A model generated the notes under the pieces. The model worked only from the letters and a program-made list of their open reading frames with translations, did no database searches and was not told where the DNA came from. Below are positions 30,615 through 40,374 of a DNA stretch of 64,000 nt, piece after piece. The stretch is from Terriglobia bacterium (GTDB lineage: Bacteria > Acidobacteriota > Terriglobia > 20CM-2-55-15), in contig CBDAOY010000009.1 in the NCBI GenBank assembly GCA_965198225.1, positions 1,088,001 to 1,152,000 on the forward strand, read 5' to 3'. Each line of letters starts with the position of its first letter. Within the stretch, counting starts at the first letter, position 1. The position numbers and the translations under genes were made by a program.

Positions 30615-31466
30615 ATGACTCCAGTTGGGCGATTTAATTTCCGGACAATTGTTGCCTTCGCGCCGCTGCATGCCGGCTGCCTGCTCTTGTTGTGGACGCC
30701 GTTCCAGTGGTCATACCTGGGCTGGCTCGTCGTCACCTACTACATTCGAATGTTCGGGGTCACGGCCGGCTATCATCGTTACTTCAGCCACCGTTCCTTC
30801 AAGCTCGATCGCTTTTCACAGTTTCTTCTGGCCTTTCTCGCCCAGACCAGCGCGCAAATGGGCGTGTTGTGGTGGTCGGCACATCATCGAACGCACCATC
30901 GCTACTCCGAGACCGACAAAGATCCTCATTCACCGGTACAGAAGAGCCTTTGGTGGTCGCACATGGGCTGGCTTCTGGACGGTGGGTCCCGTGAATGTGA
31001 CAGCCGCCTCATGCAGGACTTTGAAAAGTTCCCTGAACTCCGGCTACTGGAGAAATATCATAGGGTTCCAGCTATTCTGTTTGGTGCTGCGGTGTATGCG
31101 GTGGGAGGCTTTCCCGCTTTCGTCTGGGGATTCGTCGTGTCGACTGTGGTGCTCTGGCACGGGACGTTTACAATCAACTCCCTCGCGCATGTCTGGGGAT
31201 CCCGGCCCTTCGAGACGGACGACCAGAGTCGGAACAATTTCCTGCTCGCCCTGATCACACTCGGAGAAGGCTGGCACAACAACCACCACCAGTTCATGTA
31301 TAGCGTCCGGCAGGGTTTGCGATGGTGGGAGATTGACATCTCGTACTACGTCCTGAGGATCCTGAGCCTGATCGGGATTGTTCGGGAATTGCGCACGCCA
31401 AATCCTTCCGAAGTCTTCAAGTTCCGGACGTCAGGGTTGGATCCCGAGACTCGAACGGCTCTGTAG
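30615..31466 (+). CDS. Delta-9-type acyl-CoA/acyl-lipid desaturase
   Basis: His boxes HRYFSH, HRTHH and GEGWHNNHH. Confidence 0.93.
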   Translation: MTPVGRFNFRTIVAFAPLHAGCLLLLWTPFQWSYLGWLVVTYYIRMFGVTAGYHRYFSHRSFKLDRFSQFLLAFLAQTSAQMGVLWWSAHHRTHHRYSETDKDPHSPVQKSLWWSHMGWLLDGGSRECDSRLMQDFEKFPELRLLEKYHRVPAILFGAAVYAVGGFPAFVWGFVVSTVVLWHGTFTINSLAHVWGSRPFETDDQSRNNFLLALITLGEGWHNNHHQFMYSVRQGLRWWEIDISYYVLRILSLIGIVRELRTPNPSEVFKFRTSGLDPETRTAL

Positions 31467-31471
31467 GTATT

Positions 31472-31765
31472 CTACTGCGCCCTTGGGAGGAAGATTGGAG
31501 TGCATTCAAGAATCAGCTCATTCCGACGTGGCGGACACTCGCTGCGCGGCAGAACCTCGAAGACGAAGCCCTCCGGGGACTTCTCAGGAAAGTACCGATC
31601 ATTTTGTTTCACGCAATCGATCAGGCTGGATTTGAGGTCGGTGGCCTCGTTAATGTAGATCCAACCCTCAGAGTTGAACAACCCATACACGCCGGGCCGC
31701 ATCGGCGCATTCTTGGCAATCGTCGATAAGTTGAATGGATAACCCGCTGGATTTTGCCAGGGCAC
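31472..31765 (-). CDS. Small GIY-YIG-like hypothetical protein
   Basis: GGGAGG SD; PGVYGL...WIYINE resembles a degenerate GIY-YIG motif. Confidence 0.6.
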   Translation of the reverse strand: MPWQNPAGYPFNLSTIAKNAPMRPGVYGLFNSEGWIYINEATDLKSSLIDCVKQNDRYFPEKSPEGFVFEVLPRSECPPRRNELILECTPIFLPRAQ

Positions 31766-32111
31766 AGTACCTCCCGAAGAATTTGTCGCATTTCGACCTG
31801 CCTGTCTCCAATGCCGGCCACACCGTCCTTGCGGCGCTCTTGGGCCCGGCCGACGGAAGCCAAAGGTTTTGATAACCGCCGACCAGGCTGGGCTGCGCTA
31901 GCGCTGCATCCGCAGAGAGTGTACTGGGCCCATGGGAATAGTGAAAGACATACTCAGAGAGTAGGGAATTCCAGAAAAAGGAGCCGATGGAGGCTCAAAC
32001 AAGACGCGGGTGGCCACTATGGCGACGGATCCATCCCCCCGCTCACGCAGCTGTCATCGCCGATAGAGTTACTTCTCCTCACCCGACTTTGAGCCGAAGG
32101 CGGGAGTCGGG

Positions 32112-34240
32112 TCAGGCGGCGGACTCCCGGGACGTCCATCGGATCCCGCCCGTGATCAGATCGGTTACTCGTGTCCGGTCCACCGGGCGCGAGAACAGGT
32201 ACCCCTGCCCGAGATCGCAGCCCAGCTCACACAACAGCCGAAGCTGCTCGTCCGTTTCGACCCCTTCCGCGGTTACGCCCAAACCGAGGTTCTGCGCGAG
32301 CAGGATGATGGTGCGGACGATTTCCAGCCTCTCCGGGTCCGACTCTATCCGGCTGATGAAAGACCTGTCGATCTTGAGTTCGTCGAGTGGAAAGCCATGA
32401 AGAAACGTCAGCGACGAGTGTCCGGTCCCGAAGTCGTCAATGCCGATCCGGAGCCCATCGAGCGGAATTCTTCGAGTATCTTCTTCGTCTCTTTGGGGTT
32501 CGACATCACGAGACTTTCAGTAACCTCGAGCTTCAGGCACGATGGATCGAAGTGACCATCGAAATCCGCGCAGTAGCTGTCCGCCCGCTCGATCGCCTTC
32601 TGAACGTCTTCGACGATGCCCGGCTGGAGCTGCTGCCTGGATAGATTGACCGAGACAGAGAGTGGCTTGTCCGTCGTAGGAAGCTGCTGCCAGACGGCCA
32701 GTTCGCTGCAGGCCTCTTCCAGCACCCGGAGTCCCATGGGAACGATGAGCCCGGTTTCTTCCGCCACCGGGATGAAATCATCGGGTGGAACCAGGCCGCG
32801 GGAGGGATGTTGCCATCGTAGGAGGGACTCGAAGCCCTGGATCCTGCCCGAAGCCAGGTCGACGATCGGTTGATACCAGTTTTCGAATTCGCGCCGCTCG
32901 ACCGCGTGCCGCAGGTCCGTCTCGATTCGCAGCCGGTTGACGACCGCCGTCCGCATTTCGGAATCGAAGACCTGGATGCGCTCGCCCCCCAGATCTTTCG
33001 CGTGGTTGCCGGCTGTGGCCGCATCGCGCAGCAGGTCCTCGGGTGATTCGCTGCCGGTCCCGAATGAAACGCCAACGTGCGCGCCGAGGAAGACCTCGTG
33101 ACCGCAGACGTGGAACGCATCCTTCAGTGTTTCAAGCACACGGTCCGCCACCCGGAAGGCATCCCTGGGGTGTCCGAGCCCGTCCAGCAGAAGGGTGAAC
33201 TCTTCTCCGCCGTGCCGCGCGAAGGAGTGGCGCTCGGTGAACCGAGACAAGGTGTCCGTGCTTCTCAGCTTCCCTTCCAGACGGCGGACGAAGGCGATCA
33301 GCAACTGGTCGGCGACGGCCTGCCCAAGGCTGTCGATGACGAGCTTGAAACGATCCAGCGCCACGAAGAGTAAACCGAAGAGAGTTCCATCGCCCCGCTT
33401 CGCGCGTTCGACCGACTGGGTCAGACGATCCATGAACAGGGTTCTGTTGGGAATGCCGGTCAAGGCGTCCGTCACCTTTCCCGGAGTGATGTCGGACTGT
33501 GAGCCCGCCATCCGGTGCGGTTTGCCGTCATCGTCGCGCACGAGGAGACCCCGGGTGAGCACCCAGCGGTAGCTGCCGTCGCGATGTAGCATGCGGTGCT
33601 CGTTTTCGAAGTACGCGCTGGGGCCGTCGAGGTGCGCTTCAAGATCCGCCTCGACCTGGGACCGGTCCTCCGGATGGATTCGATCCAGCCATTCCGCCGG
33701 CGTCGACCCGATTTCGTCTTCCGCGTGCCCGAGCATGGTCTTCCAGCGGTCGGATAAATACATCGCGTCGGTCTTCAGGTCCCAGTCCCATATCCCGTCA
33801 CGTGAACCGGCGGCCGCGAGGGCGTAGCGCTCTTCGCTCGCCTGCAGGGCCTGCTCCAGCTTCTTGACCGTGAGCTGGTGGCGAATACGGGCCAGGGCGA
33901 CCGCCAGGTCGACCGGCTTGGTGATGTAATCGTTGGCTCCCAGGTCGAGACCCTGAACCACGTCCTTGCTGTCGCTCCGTCCCGTAACGAGTATGACGGG
34001 AAGCTCGACCGCGGAATACTGCTCCCGAATCCGGCTCAGGACGGTCAGTCCGCTCATCACCGGCATTTCCACGTCGAGCAGCACGAGGTCGAACGGATCC
34101 GACGCGACCAGGTTGCATGCTTCGGCACCATCGTTCGCGGTTGTCGTCTGGTACCCTCGCCGGAGCAGACGACGGGACAACATGTCCCGGTTCATCTCGT
34201 CGTCGTCGACGATCAGGAGTCTTTCGGGGTGGTCGCTCAT
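32112..34240 (-). pseudogene. REC-PAS-GGDEF-EAL protein with a 1-bp frameshift near 32453 (pseudogene or sequencing error)
   Basis: The ORF reads REC, PAS, GGEEF and ESL up to EEFRSMG; the adjacent frame continues RIGIDDFGTGHSSL..LKIDRSF..AEGVET..GQGYLFSRP to TGA at 32112. Confidence 0.88.
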
Positions 34241-34620
34241 GGCATCTCTCTGGAGGCTTCTCCCAAAAGCCGATGGATCGTATCGACCAGGCTGGTGAAA
34301 TCGATCGGTTTCGTCGCGAAATCGTCGCATCCACTGTCGAACGCCTTCCGCCGGTCCGACATCATGGCGTGAGCCGTCAACGCGACGACCGGGATGTCCC
34401 GGGTGCGCTCGTCGGCCTTCAACACGCGCGTCGCTTCCAGCCCGTCCATTTCCGGCAGCCCGATGTCCATCAGGATCAGGTTGGGCGTGCGGGCCCGTGC
34501 CTGCTCGACCCCATCGAGGCCGTTGCCGGCACACGAGACCGAGAACCCGCGGCGCTCGAGCCTCCGCGAAAGCATGTCGCTGTTCATCGCGTTGTCTTCG
34601 ACGAGCAGTATCTCAGGCAT
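34237..34620 (-). CDS. Single-domain response regulator (DivK/CheY-like)
   Basis: ILLVEDN, LILMDIGLPEMDG, ALTAHAM and TKPIDF. Confidence 0.93.
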   Translation of the reverse strand: MPEILLVEDNAMNSDMLSRRLERRGFSVSCAGNGLDGVEQARARTPNLILMDIGLPEMDGLEATRVLKADERTRDIPVVALTAHAMMSDRRKAFDSGCDDFATKPIDFTSLVDTIHRLLGEASREMP

Positions 34621-36580
34621 AGCGGGCCTCCCTCGGGCCTGTCGGCGACCCAGCGGCCTTGTTCCCCTTCACACATCGATGAACGGCGCGCGTGAACGCT
34701 GCCGTGTTCAGCGGTTTGGTCAGGTAATCGAACGCGCCCATTTCCCGGCCGCGTTGTGCCTCATCGACTACGCTCACCATGATCACGGGAATGTCCGCAA
34801 GCTCGGGATCCTTCTTCAGGGTTTCCAGTACGGTCCAGCCGTCGGTGCCATCCATCTGTACGTCCAGAGTGATCGCTACCGGACGGTGCTGTCGAATCGC
34901 TTCCAGCCCTTCGCCCCCACTCGAGCAAAGGATCGGATGAAGGCGCTGACGTGTCAGCAGCCAGGACAGCAACTCGCGCGCGTCGGCATCGTCGTCGATC
35001 ACGACGACCGGTGGGGTCCCTGTTTCGCGCGGTGCGGGAGGCGGTGATTCCGTGGGAACGGGTTGCCTCCCATCTACGGTTTCCTCCACGACAGCGCGGC
35101 TCGGAACGCGCATCGAAAACGTCGAGCCCACGCCGGGAACACTGTCGGCGGACAGATCGCCCCCGACCAGCCGGCAATAGCGACGGCTGATCGCCAGTCC
35201 GAGTCCGGTTCCTCCGTACTTGCGCGTCGTCGAGGCGTCCGCCTGCACGAAGGGCTCAAACAGCATGTCCGCCTGGTGCGGATCGATTCCGATACCCGTG
35301 TCTTCGACGTCGACTTCAAGCCATTCGGACCCAGAGCTCGCGTTCATCTTCGCAGAGACCGTGATCGTGCCCGCTTCGGTGAACTTGCACGCGTTGCCGA
35401 GAAGGTTGAGCAGCACCTGCCGGGCTTTGGTCTGGTCCGATTCGACGGGAAGGGAGTCCGGGGCGACGACGACCAACCGGTTCGAGTTTTTCCGGGCAAT
35501 CGGTTCGACGGTCCCCACGACATCGTCGATGACGTCCCTGAAATCGAAGGCTCCGATCGCCAGTTCGATTCGCCCGGCTTCGATCTTCGAGAGGTCGAGC
35601 ACGTCGTTGATGATCGAGAGCAGGTGCTTGCCGGCCGTGTTGATCTTGTTCAGCTCATTGAGGGGCTCGAGATTGTCGGCATCCTCGCATTCCTCGACGA
35701 GCATCTCGCTGTAACCGAGGATTGCGTTCAACGGAGTGCGCAGTTCGTGGCTCATGTTCGCCAGGAACGCACTCTTGGTGCGGTTGGCCTGCTCGGCCAG
35801 GTCTTTGGCGTGGCGCAGGCTCTCGCTTCGCTCGGCGACCCGTTCCTCGAGGTGGTCGTTGAGTGAGCGGAGCTCGGTCTGGGCCTCGTCGATCTCACCG
35901 ATCATGGTATTGAAGACGTCGATCAACGCTCCGACCTCGTCGGAGTATTGCTTATGGACCCGCAGCGAGTAGTCCCGGTTTCGAGTCACTTGCTGCATGG
36001 TCCGGTCGAGGTGCAGGATCGGTCCCGTGATCAGGACGCGAAGGCGCGACGAGAGTAGAAGGGCGACGAAGCCGGAAAACAGCATGAGCACTGAGACGAT
36101 CAGCAGGTAGTTTTGCAGTCTTTGTTCGATCTCTCCCGTGTCGGATTGCACGAAGATCGTGCCGATCTGTCTGCCGTCGAAATGGATGGGCTGATACGTC
36201 CGGATGTATCCACGCGTCAGGCTCGACTCGGTCGACGGACCACGGACCGGAAGTCGATCGGGAATGTCCTCGGGCCCGGGGTAGGTGGCGAACAGGTCCC
36301 CTTCGAGATCGTAGAGGGCGGCCCGGACCACAGACGGCCGGGCCTTCAGAGCGTTCAGGATCTCGTTCCCGGCAGTATTGTCCTCGAAGGCCAGGGCGGC
36401 CGTACTCGTGATTCCGAGGACTTCCGCCTCCGTCGTCAGGTTCTGCCGTGTCGTTCGCGTGACGCTGATCGTGTCGAAGATCAGGAAGCCCACGGTCGAC
36501 AGGACCAGCGCGGCCGTGCTCGTGAAAAACGTGATCAACGTCAGCTTCTTCTTGATCGACCAGTTGCGGATCAGGATCAT
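34613..36580 (-). CDS. Hybrid sensor histidine kinase (periplasmic sensor, HAMP, HisKA, HATPase, REC)
   Basis: FLANMSHELRTPLN, NLLGNACKFT, DTGIG and GGTGLGLAI; C-terminal receiver domain. Confidence 0.94.
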   Translation of the reverse strand: MILIRNWSIKKKLTLITFFTSTAALVLSTVGFLIFDTISVTRTTRQNLTTEAEVLGITSTAALAFEDNTAGNEILNALKARPSVVRAALYDLEGDLFATYPGPEDIPDRLPVRGPSTESSLTRGYIRTYQPIHFDGRQIGTIFVQSDTGEIEQRLQNYLLIVSVLMLFSGFVALLLSSRLRVLITGPILHLDRTMQQVTRNRDYSLRVHKQYSDEVGALIDVFNTMIGEIDEAQTELRSLNDHLEERVAERSESLRHAKDLAEQANRTKSAFLANMSHELRTPLNAILGYSEMLVEECEDADNLEPLNELNKINTAGKHLLSIINDVLDLSKIEAGRIELAIGAFDFRDVIDDVVGTVEPIARKNSNRLVVVAPDSLPVESDQTKARQVLLNLLGNACKFTEAGTITVSAKMNASSGSEWLEVDVEDTGIGIDPHQADMLFEPFVQADASTTRKYGGTGLGLAISRRYCRLVGGDLSADSVPGVGSTFSMRVPSRAVVEETVDGRQPVPTESPPPAPRETGTPPVVVIDDDADARELLSWLLTRQRLHPILCSSGGEGLEAIRQHRPVAITLDVQMDGTDGWTVLETLKKDPELADIPVIMVSVVDEAQRGREMGAFDYLTKPLNTAAFTRAVHRCVKGNKAAGSPTGPREARYA

Positions 36581-37167
36581 CGGGACCCCCTGGCCAGGGT
36601 CAGCAGCTTCGAACTCAACGCCACGCGAGCATGCTCGGCGTTCTGCCGGCTGGCCTCGAAGCGGACCCGGTTATTCTCGATGAAGAAGTTGAGGACCCCA
36701 CCGCGTTCGATGAAGTCGCGCGATTCACCGACCAACAAGACCGGCCGGCCGGCGAAGGCGTCCTGGAATTCGTAGAAAGCTTCGACTTCGGATTCGGGCA
36801 CGAAAAGAAGGTGGGCGGAGTCGACGACCTCCGTGTCGATCCGCTTCACGGCGACCGGTCGGCCCCGGATCACCTTTCCCTGAAATGCGTTCCGGATCGT
36901 ATCGACTACGGCGCGATCTCGAAAGACGGCGATCACCAGCGCTGAGTCTTCGTCCTGGAACGCGTCCTCGGGCCACCTGGCAAACAAGGCGAAGTTGTAG
37001 AGGAAGGCTCCTTTGAGTGTGTACTCGGACAGATCCTCCTGCGCCGGCCTTGTCGAGGCGCCCGCCAGGGAGCCGCAAACAATGGCGATGGCCAGGGTTG
37101 GTAGGAGCAGCTTTCGCGTCTTCCGCCTCCGGTAGTGGGGGATTTCAAGACCGCTACAGTTCCACAT
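36577..37167 (-). CDS. YfiR/HmsC (DUF4154) family periplasmic protein (start uncertain)
   Basis: EYTLKGAFLYNFALFARWP; NRVRFE; LSSKLLTLA. Confidence 0.88.
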   Translation of the reverse strand: MWNCSGLEIPHYRRRKTRKLLLPTLAIAIVCGSLAGASTRPAQEDLSEYTLKGAFLYNFALFARWPEDAFQDEDSALVIAVFRDRAVVDTIRNAFQGKVIRGRPVAVKRIDTEVVDSAHLLFVPESEVEAFYEFQDAFAGRPVLLVGESRDFIERGGVLNFFIENNRVRFEASRQNAEHARVALSSKLLTLARGSR

Positions 37168-37537
37168 CCTTCACGCCTCTAACTCAAGGAATCGGCTAGC
37201 CTTCAGGGGATCTTTAGGGTCAAGGTCCTGGCTGTTCAAAAACATCGTTATAGCCGGATGGAGGAAACGGTGTGGGACGCCAGCCCGGCTGAAGTCGGCG
37301 GTGGGATGGCAGGGTGGTCGTCGTCCGATTCACGCTCCCGGTGCTCCATGGGGCACCGGCAACCCCGAGCGGCTGATTCAGGCCGTGCCGATGATGTACG
37401 AACTGAAGTACAAGGCGGTTGCGTTGATGAAGATTCCATCCGGGCCCGACGGCGTGACATCCCTGTGGTATAAGGGAGTCAACCGCAGCAGGACTCACAA
37501 CCACAGATCCGTCCGATCCCGTTCACCAGAGGTGCCC

Positions 37538-38908
37538 ATGAACCGACTATCCGCGCTCGCAGCGATTCCGGTTTTTTTGATCATCATACTGACGCTGCGC
37601 GCACAGCAGTCCGAGCCACCGGAGATGGCATTTTTCTTCCAGTCGGCCAGCCCGGATGAAGACCTGGCCCAGGGGGCGCTCGCACAGATTGGCGAGAGCT
37701 GGAAGGATGGCTACGCCCCCATCCTCGTCGACTTCGCGCGCTTGATGCTGTCGCCGTCCCCGATCCGACAACGTTTGCTCGACTTTCTCGGGGAGCGGAC
37801 CGGCCAGAATTTCGGGCAGGATCTCGGGGAGTGGCGGCGATGGACGTGGAAGCTGCCCTACGATCCGCATCCCAACTACGGTCCGTTCAAGGGAGCACTG
37901 TACGGGCAGATCGATACTCAGATGATGGATTTCTTCCCGATCGGGGTCCAGGCGACGATCCGTCTGGATGAAGTCGAGTGGGGCGGGGTCCGCGTGAACG
38001 GCATTCCGCCTCTGGACCATCCGGTTCACATCCCGGCCTCCGAGGCGGATTACCTTTCCGACGATCACCTTGTTTTCGGGATAGCTGTCAACGGTGAAGC
38101 CCGTGCCTACCCGAAGAGGATCCTGGCATGGCACGAAATGGCGGCCGACGAGATCGGCGTCGTCGAACTGACGACGATCTATTGCACGTTGTGCGGCACG
38201 GTTCTTCCCTATGAGAGTGTCGTCGGCGGAGAGTTGCAGAAGTTTGGCACGAGCGGTCTTCTTTACCGTTCCAACAAGCTGTTCTTCGACGAGGCAACCA
38301 AGAGCCTTTGGTCGACCCTGGAGGGACGTCCCGTCGTCGGAGAGCTGGCGGGAACGGAACTGGAATTGAATCTGAGGTCGTCGGTCACGACGACCTGGGG
38401 AGAGTGGCGCAGGCAGCATCCCTCTACCACGGTCCTTTCGCTCGAAACGGGATACGACCGGGACTATGGGGAAGGTGTCGCCTACAAGGACTACTTCGCC
38501 ACGGACCGCCTGATGTTCGAAGTTCCCCAAACAGACGGCCGGCTCCGAAACAAGGACGAAGTGCTGGTGATGCTGATCGAGCCGTCATCGGGTGCCGGTG
38601 ATCGTCAACCGGTCGCGATCTCAACCGATTTCCTGGACGACAACCGCGTTTACCCGTTCGAGGCCGAGGGGCGTTCCTATGTCGTGATTACCTCCGAGAA
38701 GGGAGCCAACCGGGTGTTTGACGCCGGGGAGGTTCGATTCGAGAGGGACGACGATTCCGATCGTATCCGCGACATGGAAGGGAGACGCTGGACGGTGAGC
38801 GAGGACGCCCTGGTATCGGGCACTGATCGACGCGGGCGGGTCACGGCCAACCGGGCCTTTTGGTTCGGCTGGTACGCGCAGTTTCCCGAGACCAGACTGA
38901 TCAAGTGA
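37538..38908 (+). CDS. DUF3179 domain protein
   Basis: GAGG SD; signal peptide; WGGVRVNGIPPLD, ARAYP..HE, YCTLCGT, SGLLYRSN and FWFGWY. Confidence 0.88.
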   Translation: MNRLSALAAIPVFLIIILTLRAQQSEPPEMAFFFQSASPDEDLAQGALAQIGESWKDGYAPILVDFARLMLSPSPIRQRLLDFLGERTGQNFGQDLGEWRRWTWKLPYDPHPNYGPFKGALYGQIDTQMMDFFPIGVQATIRLDEVEWGGVRVNGIPPLDHPVHIPASEADYLSDDHLVFGIAVNGEARAYPKRILAWHEMAADEIGVVELTTIYCTLCGTVLPYESVVGGELQKFGTSGLLYRSNKLFFDEATKSLWSTLEGRPVVGELAGTELELNLRSSVTTTWGEWRRQHPSTTVLSLETGYDRDYGEGVAYKDYFATDRLMFEVPQTDGRLRNKDEVLVMLIEPSSGAGDRQPVAISTDFLDDNRVYPFEAEGRSYVVITSEKGANRVFDAGEVRFERDDDSDRIRDMEGRRWTVSEDALVSGTDRRGRVTANRAFWFGWYAQFPETRLIK

Positions 38909-38941
38909 AAGCACAGCCACCCATACGGGGGACATGGACTG

Positions 38942-39424
38942 TTGAACCACTACCAGCTCACCAACCCGATTGCCCCTTGCACGCGGTGCCATATCCGGAG
39001 CATGCCCTGGAGACCGCCCGACATGATTCCCGACGTGACGCGGGTATTTACCCCCCCGGGCCCGCTCGGCGACGAGGCCGACTCTTCGGACCTCTCTCCC
39101 GAACTCCATCCGGGCTTTTTCGTGCCAGTCGAGCTACCGACGGAATGCGACGACGACACGTGCCATCCCGACAATGACACGAGCATCAGGTGCCTCGATT
39201 GTCATGAACGGGGAACGTTTACTCCCGTACCAATGGAAGAGGTTCGCTGTGTATCCTGTCATGGCAGCGGGGTGTTTGAGCCCATCACGGAAATCCGAGC
39301 GTGCGCGTGGGGCGACTTCAACTACAACCTGCCAGATCGCCCGGAGCATCCAGGTGAGCTCTGGTGGGAGCGGTTTGCCAATCTCGCACAAACGGAAGCG
39401 TGCGAAGCGGCCCTGGGAAACTAG
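38942..39424 (+). CDS. Small multiheme cytochrome c-like ORF (no convincing start; in frame with DUF3179)
   Basis: CTRCH, CLDCH and CVSCH, plus an atypical CDDDTCH. Confidence 0.55.
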   Translation: MNHYQLTNPIAPCTRCHIRSMPWRPPDMIPDVTRVFTPPGPLGDEADSSDLSPELHPGFFVPVELPTECDDDTCHPDNDTSIRCLDCHERGTFTPVPMEEVRCVSCHGSGVFEPITEIRACAWGDFNYNLPDRPEHPGELWWERFANLAQTEACEAALGN

Positions 39425-39695
39425 TGGCCTGTAACAATGCTATCGGCACCATCGCCGATGGGTCTTGCGGGCGAGGTCGAGGAGGGAGACGGAAAGCGAT
39501 GCTCATTCATCGGTGACGGCTTCCGACAAAGAGATCGCCCGCAACCCCCATCGGCCCGAAGGGTTCGGCGGAACGGCGCCGTCTTCGGTGTCGTAACGCC
39601 CTCGCAATGAAACAGCATTGGCTCGGGCGTCACTCCTAGAATCCGACGCCGTTCCGCCGAACGCTGGTACCGATAGCACTGTTACAGGTCACTAG
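39421..39695. mobile_element. MITE-like element copy 1 (about 30-bp terminal inverted repeats, CTAG at both ends)
   Basis: ctagtggcctgtaacaatgctatcggcacca ... tggtaccgatagcactgttacaggtcactag; homologous to 56854-57040. Confidence 0.8.
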
Positions 39696-40374
39696 GAGGA
39701 ACGTGGGCATCGGAAAAACAAGAGCCCTTTCTTGGCGAGACGCTCGACTATAGCGGGTTGAGGCGGACCGTTCGGGGGGGGTGGCGGTGGTCTGGCATCC
39801 AGTCGGGCCCGCCGACGTGGAACCAATCACACAACAGTAGTGCTTTCATTGGAGTGTGCCCTCCTTATCGAAGCCGCCGCACGTCCGAGATTTCTCGGCG
39901 ATGCGAGGATGCTGTCGAATGCTCTCGACTTGGGTTCGAAATTGAGAAGATCGAGTCCCAATCGTGTCATCGCTGCCTCCCGGTGTGTCGGCGCGATGTG
40001 CGCTCACCGGGGCAGCGAGAACCGGATTGGAAAACTTGAACGGGTGTCAGAAATTTCTTGTTTGTATCGATGTCGCAGACGTCCGCCCACTCCCACCGAT
40101 CGAGTTCCCTCTGTAGGCTGATCCATAGTTCCACGCTCGTGCCTGAAGCCTCGAACCAGCCGGTGGGCCATGACGGCGGACACGTTGAGCCGGCGACCCT
40201 GCAGCGGGGCCACGGTTGGCCTGTATACTCCCAGTGCCCTTGAGTATCCGTCTCCATAACATGCGATCGCAGCAGCGAGCAGCTTGTTGATTGCGAGCCT
40301 CGGCTGGCCGAGTTTCGCCTCCAGAACGGAACGAACTCCCGTAGACTGACCCCACCCCAGAGATCGAGGCTCAT

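Noticed and set aside
32540-32590. Short extra segment SYCADFDGHF in the EAL domain
   Set aside because: In frame, in a variable loop, with no clear repeat or mobile-element boundary
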